Shown here one piece after another: positions 8,169-17,341 of a stretch of DNA of 48,036 bases. The stretch is from a bacterium (GTDB taxonomy: Bacteria; Patescibacteriota; Minisyncoccia; Phycocordibacterales; CAIZLB01). The DNA is taken from NCBI GenBank assembly GCA_037131455.1, contig JBAXRA010000001.1, positions 1-48,036 on the forward strand, given 5' to 3'. The notes under the pieces are model-generated. The model was given only the letters and a program-made list of their open reading frames with translations. It was not told the origin of the DNA and did no database searches. The number at the start of each line of letters is the position of its first letter. Within the stretch, counting starts at the first letter, position 1. Both the position numbers and the translations under genes were made by a program.

Positions 8169-9608
8169 ATGAGTAATCCTGCATCTTTCAAAAGAACGTA
8201 CAAAACTATCGAATCTACTTTGAATGTTCGGAATAATTTACGTGTTCCCCCTCACAACCTTGAGGCGGAAAAAGCCGTCCTTGGATCATTGATGATTCGA
8301 AATCAGGCTTTTAATGACATTCTCGATATCATTAATGAAGATACTTTTTATAGTGAAAAGCACAGATTGATTTTCCGAACGATGAATGATCTTTTCAATT
8401 CACACAGTCCGATGGACTTGGTTGCAGTTAAAAACCTTTTGGATGAAAAGCAAATATTAGATGCGGTTGGTGGTGCTTCGTACCTCGCAGAACTTGTGCA
8501 TGTCGTGCCTTCTGCAACAAACCTTGAACACTACGCCCAGATTATTCAGAAAAAATCGTACATGCGAAATCTGATTTTGGCATCAGATCACGTGGCACAA
8601 TTAGGATATGACGAAGTCGGCCACCTTGAAGAGGTTCTTGATCAAGCCGAAAAAAGAATTTTCGAAGTAACGAACAAAACAAGTTCTAAAAAATTCAGAG
8701 ACATCAAGGATGTTTTAAAAGGTGTTTGGGAACAAATCGACAAGATTCACAATTCAGGTGGCGAATCGGGACAAGGTGTACTTTCAGGCTTCTCTGAACT
8801 TGATTCAAAAACTGCAGGTTTCCAAAAATCAGACTTAATTATTATCGCCGCTCGACCATCAGTCGGTAAAACTGCCCTTGCTCTCGACATTGCTCGTAAC
8901 GCTGCGGTTAAATACAATATCCCTGTTGGAATCTTCTCTCTTGAAATGAGCGCCGCGCAATTGATTAATCGTATGCTTTCTGCTGAATCTATGGTTGATT
9001 CATGGAAAATGCGTACTGGAAAATTGTCTCGTGAAGAAGACTTTGCCCAGATTGGTGAAGCAATGGCACGCCTTTCTAAGGCACCGATTTACATAGAAGA
9101 CACACCGGGAAATAATATTCTAAAAATGCGAAGTGTGGCGCGACGCCTTAAAAGCGAAAAAGGACTTGGTCTTATTATTGTCGACTACTTGCAACTTATG
9201 GTTCCAACACAATCCGTAAAAAGCGACAACGTGGTTCAACAAGTAACCGAAATTTCGCGATCCTTGAAACACCTTGCCCGAGAATTGGACGTACCAGTGA
9301 TCGCCCTTTCCCAGCTATCCCGTGCCGTTGAACAGCGTGGTGGAAAACCTCGTCTTTCGGACCTTCGAGATTCGGGTTCAATTGAACAGGACGCCGATTT
9401 GGTTATGTTTATTCACCGAGATGAAAAACAAAGTAATGAACCAGGTGCAGCTCCTGTTACAACAGAAATTTTGATTGAAAAGCACAGAAATGGTCCTACA
9501 GGTTCATTGCAATTATACTTTAATAACAAGATTACCAGCTACCAAAACGTCGAGAAAAAGGACTTTGGAGATTTCAGTGAGCACATGGGAATGGAACCGG
9601 GGATGTGA
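8169..9608 (+). CDS. dnaB: replicative DNA helicase DnaB
   Basis: PPHNLEAEKAVLGSLM N-terminal signature, Walker A ARPSVGKTA, and IIVDYLQLM. No intein-like insertion is present. Confidence 0.95.
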   Translation: MSNPASFKRTYKTIESTLNVRNNLRVPPHNLEAEKAVLGSLMIRNQAFNDILDIINEDTFYSEKHRLIFRTMNDLFNSHSPMDLVAVKNLLDEKQILDAVGGASYLAELVHVVPSATNLEHYAQIIQKKSYMRNLILASDHVAQLGYDEVGHLEEVLDQAEKRIFEVTNKTSSKKFRDIKDVLKGVWEQIDKIHNSGGESGQGVLSGFSELDSKTAGFQKSDLIIIAARPSVGKTALALDIARNAAVKYNIPVGIFSLEMSAAQLINRMLSAESMVDSWKMRTGKLSREEDFAQIGEAMARLSKAPIYIEDTPGNNILKMRSVARRLKSEKGLGLIIVDYLQLMVPTQSVKSDNVVQQVTEISRSLKHLARELDVPVIALSQLSRAVEQRGGKPRLSDLRDSGSIEQDADLVMFIHRDEKQSNEPGAAPVTTEILIEKHRNGPTGSLQLYFNNKITSYQNVEKKDFGDFSEHMGMEPGM

Positions 9609-9620
9609 TTTTGAAATTAT

Positions 9621-10226
9621 ATGTCTTCTATCGACAAACTAACCGAAATATTTCGAAAGTTTCCTGGTGTCGGTCCGCGTCAGGCTAGACGCTTTGTATA
9701 TCACCTGCTTTCAAGAAATGATAATACTGCCAATGAGATAGTTGAAAATATTAGCAAGTTAAAAAACGACGTGGCACAGTGCAAACAGTGTCAGAGGTTT
9801 TATACTTTAAAAAATCCTGGAACGGATGTTTGTGGAATTTGTGCAGATCACAATCGTGAACAGCAGATTCTTATGATTGTAGCAAGAGACGTTGATCTGG
9901 ATAATATGGAGAAATCGAGGGCGTTTAATGGCTTATATTTCGTATTAGGTGGAAATGTTCCTATTCTTGAGGAAAAGCCTTCATCTTTTATTAGGCAGGT
10001 AGAGCTTTTAGAGAGAGTTAAAAATTTAAGTTTAAAAGAAATCATTATTGGAACAAGTGCCAACCCAGAAGGCGAAAATACGTTTTATTATGTACAAGGA
10101 TTACTTAAAAAGTCTTTAGGGGAAAATGTAAGAATTACTACTCTTGGAAGAGGTTTATCTACTGGAACAGAATTGGAATATTCGGATGCAGATACGATCA
10201 AGAGCGCGATGATGAATAGAAGATAA
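9621..10226 (+). CDS. recR: recombination protein RecR
   Basis: FPGVGPRQARRFVYHLL helix-hairpin-helix, a CxxC...CxxC zinc finger, and a Toprim-like C-terminus. Confidence 0.95.
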   Translation: MSSIDKLTEIFRKFPGVGPRQARRFVYHLLSRNDNTANEIVENISKLKNDVAQCKQCQRFYTLKNPGTDVCGICADHNREQQILMIVARDVDLDNMEKSRAFNGLYFVLGGNVPILEEKPSSFIRQVELLERVKNLSLKEIIIGTSANPEGENTFYYVQGLLKKSLGENVRITTLGRGLSTGTELEYSDADTIKSAMMNRR

Positions 10227-10230
10227 AATA

Positions 10231-10256
10231 AAAAGCCCTCAAATGAGGGCTTTTTA
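10231..10256. terminator. bidirectional terminator between convergent recR and rplU
   Basis: aaaaa, then stem gccctc-aaat-gagggc, then ttttt. Confidence 0.75.
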
Positions 10257-10652
10257 TTATTTGATGCTTGAGATTTTTACCTTAAAATGTGGCTGTCTGT
10301 GACCCTTTCTTGAAGTTCCTGATCGGCTCTTATTTTTGTATTTGTAAATGATTACCTTAGCGTTTCGTCCGATTTCCATAAGTTCACCTGTAACAGATGC
10401 ACCTTTTACAGTTGGATTTCCTAGAACTGTTTCTGCACCGTTTCCTGTCATTAAAACCTGATCAAAAGTAAGCTTGTCGCCTACCTTGTGTTCACCTGCA
10501 ATCTTTTCGATTTTAAGTGTAGTTCCTTCTGATACTCGGTATTGCTTGCCACCAGTCATGATAATGGCAAAAGAGCCAGTATTTTCAGGGGCTTTCATCT
10601 CTACCTTTTTAGCCTTTGGGGCTTTCTTTGCGATTGTTTTTTCAGTTGCCAT
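10257..10652 (-). CDS. rplU: 50S ribosomal protein L21 with a Lys-rich N-terminal extension
   Basis: FAIIMTGGKQYRVSEGTTLKIEKI matches the L21 core. The ATG at 10652 is preferred over the GTG at 10679. Confidence 0.9.
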   Translation of the reverse strand: MATEKTIAKKAPKAKKVEMKAPENTGSFAIIMTGGKQYRVSEGTTLKIEKIAGEHKVGDKLTFDQVLMTGNGAETVLGNPTVKGASVTGELMEIGRNAKVIIYKYKNKSRSGTSRKGHRQPHFKVKISSIK

Positions 10653-10697
10653 AGTGGGAGACAGTATATGATAAAACACTATAAATTACAAGGGGGA

Positions 10698-11753
10698 TTA
10701 TTCCCCATCATTTTCATCCGGCTTTTCCAATGTCAACGGCTCTATCCCCATCGAAACCTCCTTCTCTGTAATCCTAAACACATCCTTATCAATCTTCTTA
10801 AACTCTCCATAGGCCTTCGTATAATGGCTCACAGACGTGCTCATAGCCTTCCCCAACGACTGCATATATTGATCATACGCCGACAGATGCTTGCCCAATT
10901 CCCCCACTCTTTTCCTAATATCCTTTGCCGATTCCTCGATTTGAAGTGCCTTTAAGCCCTGTAAAACGGTCTGTAGGAAGGCCAAAAACGAAGTTGGCGA
11001 CACAATACACACATGCTTTTCCTTGAAGGCGTATTCGATCAAATCTCGAGTATTTACCTTTACCGAACCAATCTGGGCAATCAAAAGTTCATAGTAAATT
11101 GCCTCATGCGGAATAAACATAAAAGCAAATTCCATGGTGCCTTCATCGGGTTTGATGTATTTACTAGTTTCATCAATTCTATTTTTTAAGTCATTTCTAA
11201 AAGCCTTCTCTAATTTTTCTCTTTCAACCGGATCTTTTTCTTCGGACAATCGATTGTAGTTTTCAAGACTGAATTTGGAGTCGATAGGTATTACTTTGTC
11301 CTTTACAAACACAACCGCATCAACAATCGTGCTGTCTTTGAATGGATATTGCATTTGAAATGATCCAGAAGGTAAAACATTCTTTAAAAGTGTTTCCAAA
11401 AAGTATTCCCCTAAAATTCCTCGCTGTTTTGGATTTTTTAAAACATCCTGTAATGATTGCAATTGATCAGCAAAACCAACCACCTGCTTGTTCGTTTCAT
11501 CAAGCCTCGTCAACTTTTCAGTGATATCTTTGATCACCTTAAAAGATTCATTCGCTTGTGTCTTGAACGATTCTTGTACCATCCTAGTCGTATCACCCAT
11601 CTTGCCATCCACGGTTCGTGACAACTCATTTAACTGATTTGCAAGTAGTTGAAATGCTACCCCATCTTCATTTTTAGGTTTCTTTCTTAATGCAATAACC
11701 ACATTGAAAACAATCGCGATTAAGGCTAGAATGAGAAGTATAGTATTAGTCAT
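10698..11753 (-). CDS. rmuC: DNA recombination protein RmuC
   Basis: N-terminal TM segment, a long coiled-coil, and a C-terminal nuclease-like region (IPIDSKFSLENY, FMFIPHEAIY) in the RmuC pattern. Confidence 0.85.
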   Translation of the reverse strand: MTNTILLILALIAIVFNVVIALRKKPKNEDGVAFQLLANQLNELSRTVDGKMGDTTRMVQESFKTQANESFKVIKDITEKLTRLDETNKQVVGFADQLQSLQDVLKNPKQRGILGEYFLETLLKNVLPSGSFQMQYPFKDSTIVDAVVFVKDKVIPIDSKFSLENYNRLSEEKDPVEREKLEKAFRNDLKNRIDETSKYIKPDEGTMEFAFMFIPHEAIYYELLIAQIGSVKVNTRDLIEYAFKEKHVCIVSPTSFLAFLQTVLQGLKALQIEESAKDIRKRVGELGKHLSAYDQYMQSLGKAMSTSVSHYTKAYGEFKKIDKDVFRITEKEVSMGIEPLTLEKPDENDGE

Positions 11754-11777
11754 AACGCATAGTATAACAAAATTTAT

Positions 11778-12224
11778 ATGAGCTTACACGAAGAAATAAA
11801 AGGACAGATTAAAGAGGCCATGATGGCAAAGGACGCAGTTCGCCTAACTACCCTTCGAGGGCTTGTTAGCGCTTTTACAAATGAACTGGTTGCCACACAG
11901 CGTAAACCACAGGATTTTCTAACAGATGAAGAAGTTTTGGCCGTAATCAAACGAAATGTTAAACAACGAAAGGATTCAATTCAGCAATTCACTGACGGAG
12001 GCCGAGCGGACTTAGCAGTAAGCGAGCAGGCTGAACTTTCAATATTAGAGAAGTTTCTTCCTCAAATGATGTCACGTGACGAAATCAAAAGGCTGGTAGA
12101 GGCTAAAAAGGCTGAACTGGGAGAAGTTAATCAAGGACTACTTATGAAAGCGATAATGACAGATCTTAAAGGTAAAGCGGATGGCGCAGATGTGAAGGCT
12201 GTGGTTGATGGACTGTTCACATAA
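11778..12224 (+). CDS. GatB/YqeY domain protein
   Basis: MSLHEEIKGQIKEAMMAKDAVRLTTLRGL and the C-terminal KGKADGADVKAVV are typical of YqeY-like proteins. Confidence 0.85.
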   Translation: MSLHEEIKGQIKEAMMAKDAVRLTTLRGLVSAFTNELVATQRKPQDFLTDEEVLAVIKRNVKQRKDSIQQFTDGGRADLAVSEQAELSILEKFLPQMMSRDEIKRLVEAKKAELGEVNQGLLMKAIMTDLKGKADGADVKAVVDGLFT

Positions 12225-12293
12225 GAGTATACTTTGGTTCGGGATATGTTCCCGTTTTCATAAAAATTTAACCACCAAAGGAGGTGAATTAGA

Positions 12294-12494
12294 ATGGCGA
12301 ATAGACTTACAGATAGAGCAGGTCGGACCGATGAAGCAGAAGAAGCGGATGCCTTGAGGTGGGAAAAACAGCGTCAAGAAACAAAGCCTCATGATCGACC
12401 CTGTAATCATGAATGTGCCAAATGCAAAGTGCATCATGAAGAGCAACTACAACTCTGGACGGAGGAAAATCCGGGCCCAGTCCCCTGTCTTTGA
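12294..12494 (+). CDS. small hypothetical charged protein with a CxxxCxxC cluster (GC-rich islet B)
   Basis: A near-consensus SD AAAGGAGGTGA lies 6 nt before the ATG, which is unusual for this window. A strong terminator follows. The 66-aa product has no hydrophobic segment and contains PCNHECAKCKV. Confidence 0.5.
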   Translation: MANRLTDRAGRTDEAEEADALRWEKQRQETKPHDRPCNHECAKCKVHHEEQLQLWTEENPGPVPCL

Positions 12495-12510
12495 TTCCTT
12501 GGCACCACAC

Positions 12511-12551
12511 TACCCCCTCGTCCGCAAGGACTTGGGGGTAGGTTTGTTTTT
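12511..12551 (+). terminator. rho-independent terminator of the small Cys ORF
   Basis: taccccc...gggggta outer stem, gtcc-gcaa-ggac inner stem (GNRA loop), then ggtttgttttt. Confidence 0.7.
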
Positions 12552-12783
12552 ACTTTTTAATTTTTGAAGAAGTAGCGTGTGTTGATGTAGCAATTTTTAA
12601 AGTCGAACTTGCCACCTTTGCAGTACCCGTGACCTCTGTTGGCGCCCCTTCCTGAATCGAAAAAGTGATCAGTATTAAATAGCTCACTCCCCAAATGATA
12701 GACATCGAGACGGCTAATCCAATCAAGTGAACAACCATAGCCTTAATAGAGATTTTTCTTAAAAGTTTCGAGAAATAATCCAT
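12550..12783 (-). CDS. small hypothetical membrane protein
   Basis: 77-aa ORF with two hydrophobic spans and a Ser/Thr-rich tail. Confidence 0.4.
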   Translation of the reverse strand: MDYFSKLLRKISIKAMVVHLIGLAVSMSIIWGVSYLILITFSIQEGAPTEVTGTAKVASSTLKIATSTHATSSKIKK

Positions 12784-12936
12784 GGCAGGATTATAACGTA
12801 TTCTTCAAAAGTCAGCTAACCACGCTAAAAAAGTTTGTAATTTTATCAACAGTATGTTATTTTAATTTTGGGGTTAGGAATCATGCGTGTGGAATATCGC
12901 ATGGTGATAGTACAACAATCAGATGAGGAAAACATC

Positions 12937-13170
12937 ATGAAAAAGACAATAGCGTTGCTCTTGGTGGGGACGATTTTAGCTGGCTGCATCATTGCAGTCA
13001 ACAGCTTCTCCGGTAAAAGCATAGCCGTGGTCTCGTTGGTAGGTTTGTTTATTTTGGCATTGTTCCTTGCGAACATCCGTGCCAAGGAAATCAAAAAACA
13101 GCGAGAAAACATTGAGCAGGAGCTCGAACCAATTCGGAGGCAAATTGATGAAGCCACCACCGCGCTATAA
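12937..13170 (+). CDS. small putative lipoprotein/membrane protein
   Basis: MKKTIALLLVGTILAGC contains a lipobox-like LAGC. A second TM segment and a charged coiled tail follow. A GAGGA lies about 8 nt upstream, and a terminator follows. Confidence 0.5.
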   Translation: MKKTIALLLVGTILAGCIIAVNSFSGKSIAVVSLVGLFILALFLANIRAKEIKKQRENIEQELEPIRRQIDEATTAL

Positions 13171-13175
13171 CTCAA

Positions 13176-13220
13176 ACACCCGACCCTGGCTAGAATGCAG
13201 GATCGGGTGTTTTCGATTTT
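13176..13220. terminator. rho-independent terminator between convergent genes
   Basis: acacccga (13176-13183) pairs with tcgggtgt (13203-13210), followed by ttttcgatttt. Confidence 0.65.
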
Positions 13221-13234
13221 CCTTTCCTGTCCTC

Positions 13235-13666
13235 CTATCGCTTTGACCACTGAGGAGCCTTTCGAGCCTTCTTCAGACCGAACTTTCGTCTTTCCTTCGC
13301 TCGCTGATCTCGTGTAAGAAAACCTTCTTTCTTCATAGTAGTTCTGTGAGATGGAGCGTGGATGATAAGCGCTCGTGCAATACCGTGTCGGATAGCCTCT
13401 GCCTGACCTGCCATTCCTCCACCGATAGTCTTTGCAATTACCGCAAATTTTTCTTCTGTTACTTCTGTAAATTTTTCTAGGGACGCAAGTGCCACCTTCT
13501 GCAAGTTAGACACCGCAAAGAATTCATTCAAAGCCTTTCCGTTTACCGTAATAGAGTTTTTTGATGCAGGAGTAATTCGAATTCGAGCAATAGCTGTCTT
13601 TCTTCGGCCCACGGTTCCGATGTATTTGTCAGTAGCCTTTTTTATTGTAGTTTTTTCTGCTGTCAT
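13235..13666 (-). CDS. rpsI: 30S ribosomal protein S9
   Basis: GRRKTAIARIRI, GGGMAGQAEAIRHGIARAL, and a C-terminal ...RKAPQWSKR. Confidence 0.95.
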   Translation of the reverse strand: MTAEKTTIKKATDKYIGTVGRRKTAIARIRITPASKNSITVNGKALNEFFAVSNLQKVALASLEKFTEVTEEKFAVIAKTIGGGMAGQAEAIRHGIARALIIHAPSHRTTMKKEGFLTRDQRAKERRKFGLKKARKAPQWSKR

Positions 13667-13672
13667 ATATTA

Positions 13673-14017
13673 TTATTCGCTGATTTTTAAATTAAGCATC
13701 ATCTTTGATCGAAGCTTGTTTGAAGGAAGCATTCCGTATACTGCTCGTTTGAAAAGTTCGATATGACCCTTTCGTACAGACAAGTCAGCAAGACTTTCAT
13801 TTTTTTGTCCTCCTGGGTATCCAGAATAAGTAACGTATTTCTTGCCCTCCTTTTTAGCATTAGAAATGTCGGCCTTTGAAGTGTTGATGATTTCAACTTC
13901 AACCACAGCTACCTTGTTTCTCTCATAAGTAGGAGCGTTTTTACCCATAAGAATCATAGCCGCCTGTGAAGCGATTCGGCCGATCTTTTTATTTTTTGCG
14001 TCGATTACGTGTTTCAT
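13673..14017 (-). CDS. rplM: 50S ribosomal protein L13 (short form)
   Basis: IGRIASQAAMILMGKNAPTY, YSGYPGG, and AVYGMLPSNKL. Confidence 0.93.
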   Translation of the reverse strand: MKHVIDAKNKKIGRIASQAAMILMGKNAPTYERNKVAVVEVEIINTSKADISNAKKEGKKYVTYSGYPGGQKNESLADLSVRKGHIELFKRAVYGMLPSNKLRSKMMLNLKISE

Positions 14018-14027
14018 AAAGGTTTGA

Positions 14028-14378
14028 CTATACTAACTCAACTACCGCCATTTTACTAGCGTCAGATGGTCGTTGATTCATTTTAATAATTCGGATGTAA
14101 CCTCCCTTTCGGTCCGCATATTTCTTTGCAATTACATCTACAAGCTTGCCTACAATCACATTGTTTCCCATTCGGCCTGAAACCAATCGTCTGCTGGCAA
14201 GAGTTGCACCCTTGGCATTAGTGATAAGTTTTTCAGCGAAAGGTCGAACTTCTTTGGCCTTAGCCTCAGTTGTTGTAATTTTTCCTCGTAGGAATAATTC
14301 ACGTGCAAGAGATCGGAGCAATGCAAGTCGCTGATTTTTCTTTCGTTTTAGTTTTCGGTTGGCGTTGTGATGTCTCAT
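14028..14378 (-). CDS. rplQ: 50S ribosomal protein L17
   Basis: MRHHNANRKLKRKKNQRLALLRSLARELFLRGKITTTEAKAKEVRPFAEKLIT. Confidence 0.95.
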   Translation of the reverse strand: MRHHNANRKLKRKKNQRLALLRSLARELFLRGKITTTEAKAKEVRPFAEKLITNAKGATLASRRLVSGRMGNNVIVGKLVDVIAKKYADRKGGYIRIIKMNQRPSDASKMAVVELV

Positions 14379-14388
14379 TGTTTTAGTA

Positions 14389-15372
14389 TTACGCTTTTAA
14401 AGAAAGGCCCATTCCCTTAAGAACTTCCTTGATTTCATCCACTCCCTTTGCTCCGATTCCTTCGAATTCTAGAATGTCCTTCTCCTTCTTTCGGATAAGT
14501 CCACCAACGCTTCGGATGTTTGCTGAAACCAAAGAGTTCATAGTTCGGTTTGATAATTCTAATGATTCAATTCTTGTTTTAAGAACTTCTGACATTGCCT
14601 CGTCGTCTTCTGCAGAGTGTTTTTCATCATCAGATGAAACTGATTCAGTTTTTGCCTTCTTGAACTCTTCAAGCTCGTCTTCTTTGAAACCAACGATAGC
14701 CTTAAGTTGTGTGATCATGATTTCGATAGACTTTTCAAGAGCCTCTTTTGGAGAAATTGTTCCGTCAGTCTGGATAAATAGTTTCAATTTGTTGAAGTCT
14801 GTTCGGTCACCAACTCGCATCTGCTCAACATCATAGTTGGCCTGAACAACTGGTGAAAAAGCAGCATCAAGATTGATAGCTCCGATTTCAACTCGGTCCT
14901 TTTTCAAAAGTTCCTTTGGAACGTATCCGATTCCCTTTTCGATTGTAAATTCAGCGTCAAATTCAGTATCCTTGTCAGTAAGAGTACAAATAGTCATATC
15001 AGGATTAGACAAAGTAACCTGTCCTGGAAGCTTGAAATCAGCTCCTGTAACCTTCTTTGCGCCCTTTACTTTTACTGTAACAGTCTGAACTTCATCAGAT
15101 GTAATGGCAAAACGTAGTTTCTTAAGGTTTAAAATGATGTTGATAACGTCTTCTTTAACACCCTTGATGCTAGAGAATTCGTGGCTTACACCTTTGATTT
15201 TAACACTTGTGATTGCTGCACCTGTAAGAGATGAAAGGATGATTCTTCGTAGAGAGTTTCCCAATGTGTGACCATAACCAGGGTAAAGACCGTCGATTTC
15301 GTATCGTCCGATGTTTGCTGATTCCTCAACTACTCGAGGCTTTGATGGTAATAGAATATTGTTGTTTGACAT
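14389..15372 (-). CDS. rpoA: DNA-directed RNA polymerase subunit alpha
   Basis: An N-terminal-domain pattern (GYGHTLGNSLRRILLSS-like) and a C-terminal-domain pattern (LELSNRTMNSL). It sits in the conserved position between rpsD and rplQ. Confidence 0.95.
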   Translation of the reverse strand: MSNNNILLPSKPRVVEESANIGRYEIDGLYPGYGHTLGNSLRRIILSSLTGAAITSVKIKGVSHEFSSIKGVKEDVINIILNLKKLRFAITSDEVQTVTVKVKGAKKVTGADFKLPGQVTLSNPDMTICTLTDKDTEFDAEFTIEKGIGYVPKELLKKDRVEIGAINLDAAFSPVVQANYDVEQMRVGDRTDFNKLKLFIQTDGTISPKEALEKSIEIMITQLKAIVGFKEDELEEFKKAKTESVSSDDEKHSAEDDEAMSEVLKTRIESLELSNRTMNSLVSANIRSVGGLIRKKEKDILEFEGIGAKGVDEIKEVLKGMGLSLKA

Positions 15373-15399
15373 AGCTTTTTTATATTTTAATTTAAATTT

Positions 15400-16017
15400 T
15401 TATCTCTTATAGAACTCGATTATTGCGCCTAGATCAAACATGAGTTCCTGACCTTCCATAGAAGGAGCTCGGAGGACGGAAGCCTTTTTGTCTTTCCATG
15501 CAAGCCATACTGGAACAGTCGCATTTTTAATTTTTTCATCAAGTGTTGAGAATAAAACAGTCTTTAGGCTGCCTTCTCGGATAGAAATTATGTCGCCTGC
15601 ACTGATAGCAGTAGAAGGTACGCTGTTCTTTCGTCCGTTAAGCATGATGTGACCGTGAGAAACGACCTGGCGGGCCAGTCGTCTAGTCGAAACAAGCCCT
15701 GCTCGGAATACAACGTTGTCCAATCGGCTTTCTAGAGACGCGAACAAGTCGTTTGCAGGAGTGTGGCTCTTTTTATCAATAATTTTTTTAACGTAGTTTG
15801 AAAATTGTTTTTCAGAAACACCATACATAAATCGCATTTTCTGCTTTTCAATAAGTTGCTTTCCAAAGTCGCTTTTTGCGCCTCTGCCTCCTCCTTTACC
15901 ACCCTTACCACCCTTTTCGCCTTTTTCAGACGACATCTTAAACTTTTGAGTTTGTGTTTTCTCAAAGATTGGGGCTCCTAGACGTCGTGCAATTTTGTAT
16001 TTTGGACCTGTTTTCAT
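15400..16017 (-). CDS. rpsD: 30S ribosomal protein S4 (with a Gly/Lys-rich insert)
   Basis: GPKYKIARRLG N-terminus, and the S4 RNA-binding domain RLDNVVFRAGLVSTRRLARQVVSHGHIMLNG. Confidence 0.95.
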   Translation of the reverse strand: MKTGPKYKIARRLGAPIFEKTQTQKFKMSSEKGEKGGKGGKGGGRGAKSDFGKQLIEKQKMRFMYGVSEKQFSNYVKKIIDKKSHTPANDLFASLESRLDNVVFRAGLVSTRRLARQVVSHGHIMLNGRKNSVPSTAISAGDIISIREGSLKTVLFSTLDEKIKNATVPVWLAWKDKKASVLRAPSMEGQELMFDLGAIIEFYKR

Positions 16018-16029
16018 ATATTTTTAAAA

Positions 16030-16452
16030 TTATACTCGTCTTGGCTTCTTAGGTTTACAACCATTGTGTGGAACGGGGGTTGCATCCTTGATAGCCGCTA
16101 TATTAATTCCCTTTGAAATAAAGGTTCGAATCGCAGACTCTCGTCCAGAACCGACACCCTTAACCACTACTGCCACTTCTTTCATTCCCATGGCAATTGC
16201 CTTATCGGCAAGGACTTCTGCGATCTTTGCAGCCGCAAAAGGAGTACCTTTCTTGGCACCCTTAAAACCTAGTGAGCCACTAGTTGCCCATGTTAATGTA
16301 TTTCCCTTTGGATCAGCAAGAACAATTTTTGTGTTATTAAAAGTAGATTGAATATTCAAAATGCCCGTATCCATACGTCGTTTAGCAGCGGCATTTGCTG
16401 CCTTTTTTACTTCCGCTGCGTCTTCTTTTTTTACAATCTTTGTCTTACCCAT
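16030..16452 (-). CDS. rpsK: 30S ribosomal protein S11
   Basis: NNTKIVLADPKGNTLTWATSGSLGFKGAKKGTPFAA and the C-terminal DATPVPHNGCKPKKPRRV. Confidence 0.95.
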   Translation of the reverse strand: MGKTKIVKKEDAAEVKKAANAAAKRRMDTGILNIQSTFNNTKIVLADPKGNTLTWATSGSLGFKGAKKGTPFAAAKIAEVLADKAIAMGMKEVAVVVKGVGSGRESAIRTFISKGINIAAIKDATPVPHNGCKPKKPRRV

Positions 16453-16493
16453 TGGTCTTGCTTTTTATTTAGTAGTTTTTAATTATTTCAGTT

Positions 16494-16871
16494 TTATTTC
16501 TTGGTTTCCTTCTTTCGTCCTGATCCCATGGTCTTCTTGACTCCCTTCAGGGTTCGCGCATTAGTCTTTGTGCGCTGTCCTCGTGATGGAAGGCGACGAG
16601 CATGTCGAGAGCCTCTGTATGATTTGATATCCTTTAGACGCTTGATGTTTGTGCCCACTTCTCGTTTTAAATCAGCCTCAAGGGTCAATGTTTCAATAAT
16701 AGCCTTAATTTTTGTCTCATCATTTGCTGTAAGGTCCTTAGGGCGTGCTGCAAAATCAACACCTGCCTCTGTGAGGATCTTTTGAGCACGAGAACGGCCA
16801 ATGCCGTAAAGGGCTGTTAAACCCATCTCGATTCTCTTGTCTTCTGGAATTGTGATACCTAGTACTCGCAT
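16494..16871 (-). CDS. rpsM: 30S ribosomal protein S13
   Basis: MRVLGITIPEDKRIEMGLTALYGIGRSRAQKIL and YRGSRHARRLPSRGQRTKTNART. Confidence 0.95.
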   Translation of the reverse strand: MRVLGITIPEDKRIEMGLTALYGIGRSRAQKILTEAGVDFAARPKDLTANDETKIKAIIETLTLEADLKREVGTNIKRLKDIKSYRGSRHARRLPSRGQRTKTNARTLKGVKKTMGSGRKKETKK

Positions 16872-16898
16872 GATTTAGTAAAATTAAATAATATTATA

Positions 16899-17015
16899 TT
16901 AACCCTGTCGCTGCTTGTGACGAATGTTGGCCTTGCAAATAACATAGACGTAACCCTTACGTCGGACTACGTTACATTTTGCACACTTTTTCTTTACGGA
17001 TGATTTGACTCGCAT
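16899..17015 (-). CDS. rpmJ: 50S ribosomal protein L36
   Basis: Hand translation of the minus strand gives [38 protein letters not shown] (38 aa), the classic L36 sequence. It is below the ORF track cutoff and sits in the canonical infA-rpmJ-rpsM position. Confidence 0.9.
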   Translation of the reverse strand: MRVKSSVKKKCAKCNVVRRKGYVYVICKANIRHKQRQG

Positions 17016-17089
17016 TTTTTTAAACAGTGGAAGATATCCTACTATATTTAGTATTATAAGTAAAGCGTTTTTTGTTGATAATAAAGAAT

Positions 17090-17314
17090 CTAGACACGTC
17101 TCTCGATTCTGTGAGTACTGCCGTACTGGTCAAGAAGCACCGTTACCCTGTCGCCTATGAAGACCTTGATTCGGTTTTTCTTCATTTTACCGCTCATATA
17201 AGCCCTTATTTCCTCATTTGTATTATTAAGTTGCACCTTGAATTGGGTGTTCGGGAGTGCTTCTACTACCACACCTTCTACGTATTGTTTTTCCTTTGGA
17301 TTTGTTTCGGTCAT
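17090..17314 (-). CDS. infA: translation initiation factor IF-1
   Basis: [17 protein letters not shown]...[24 protein letters not shown] has the S1-like fold signature. Confidence 0.93.
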   Translation of the reverse strand: MTETNPKEKQYVEGVVVEALPNTQFKVQLNNTNEEIRAYMSGKMKKNRIKVFIGDRVTVLLDQYGSTHRIERRV

Positions 17315-17341
17315 TTGGTGGACTTATATACTAACACAGAA

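Noticed and set aside
9606-9608. Alternative genetic code (UGA recoding, as in some candidate phyla)
   Set aside because: dnaB ends cleanly at TGA, 12 nt before recR, and the islet B ORF also ends at TGA. All conserved proteins have normal lengths under code 11.
12846-13250. Minus-strand 134-aa ORF
   Set aside because: It overlaps the rpsI 3' end. It is also antisense to the plus-strand small ORF, which has an SD-like GAGGA, a lipobox signal peptide and a downstream terminator.
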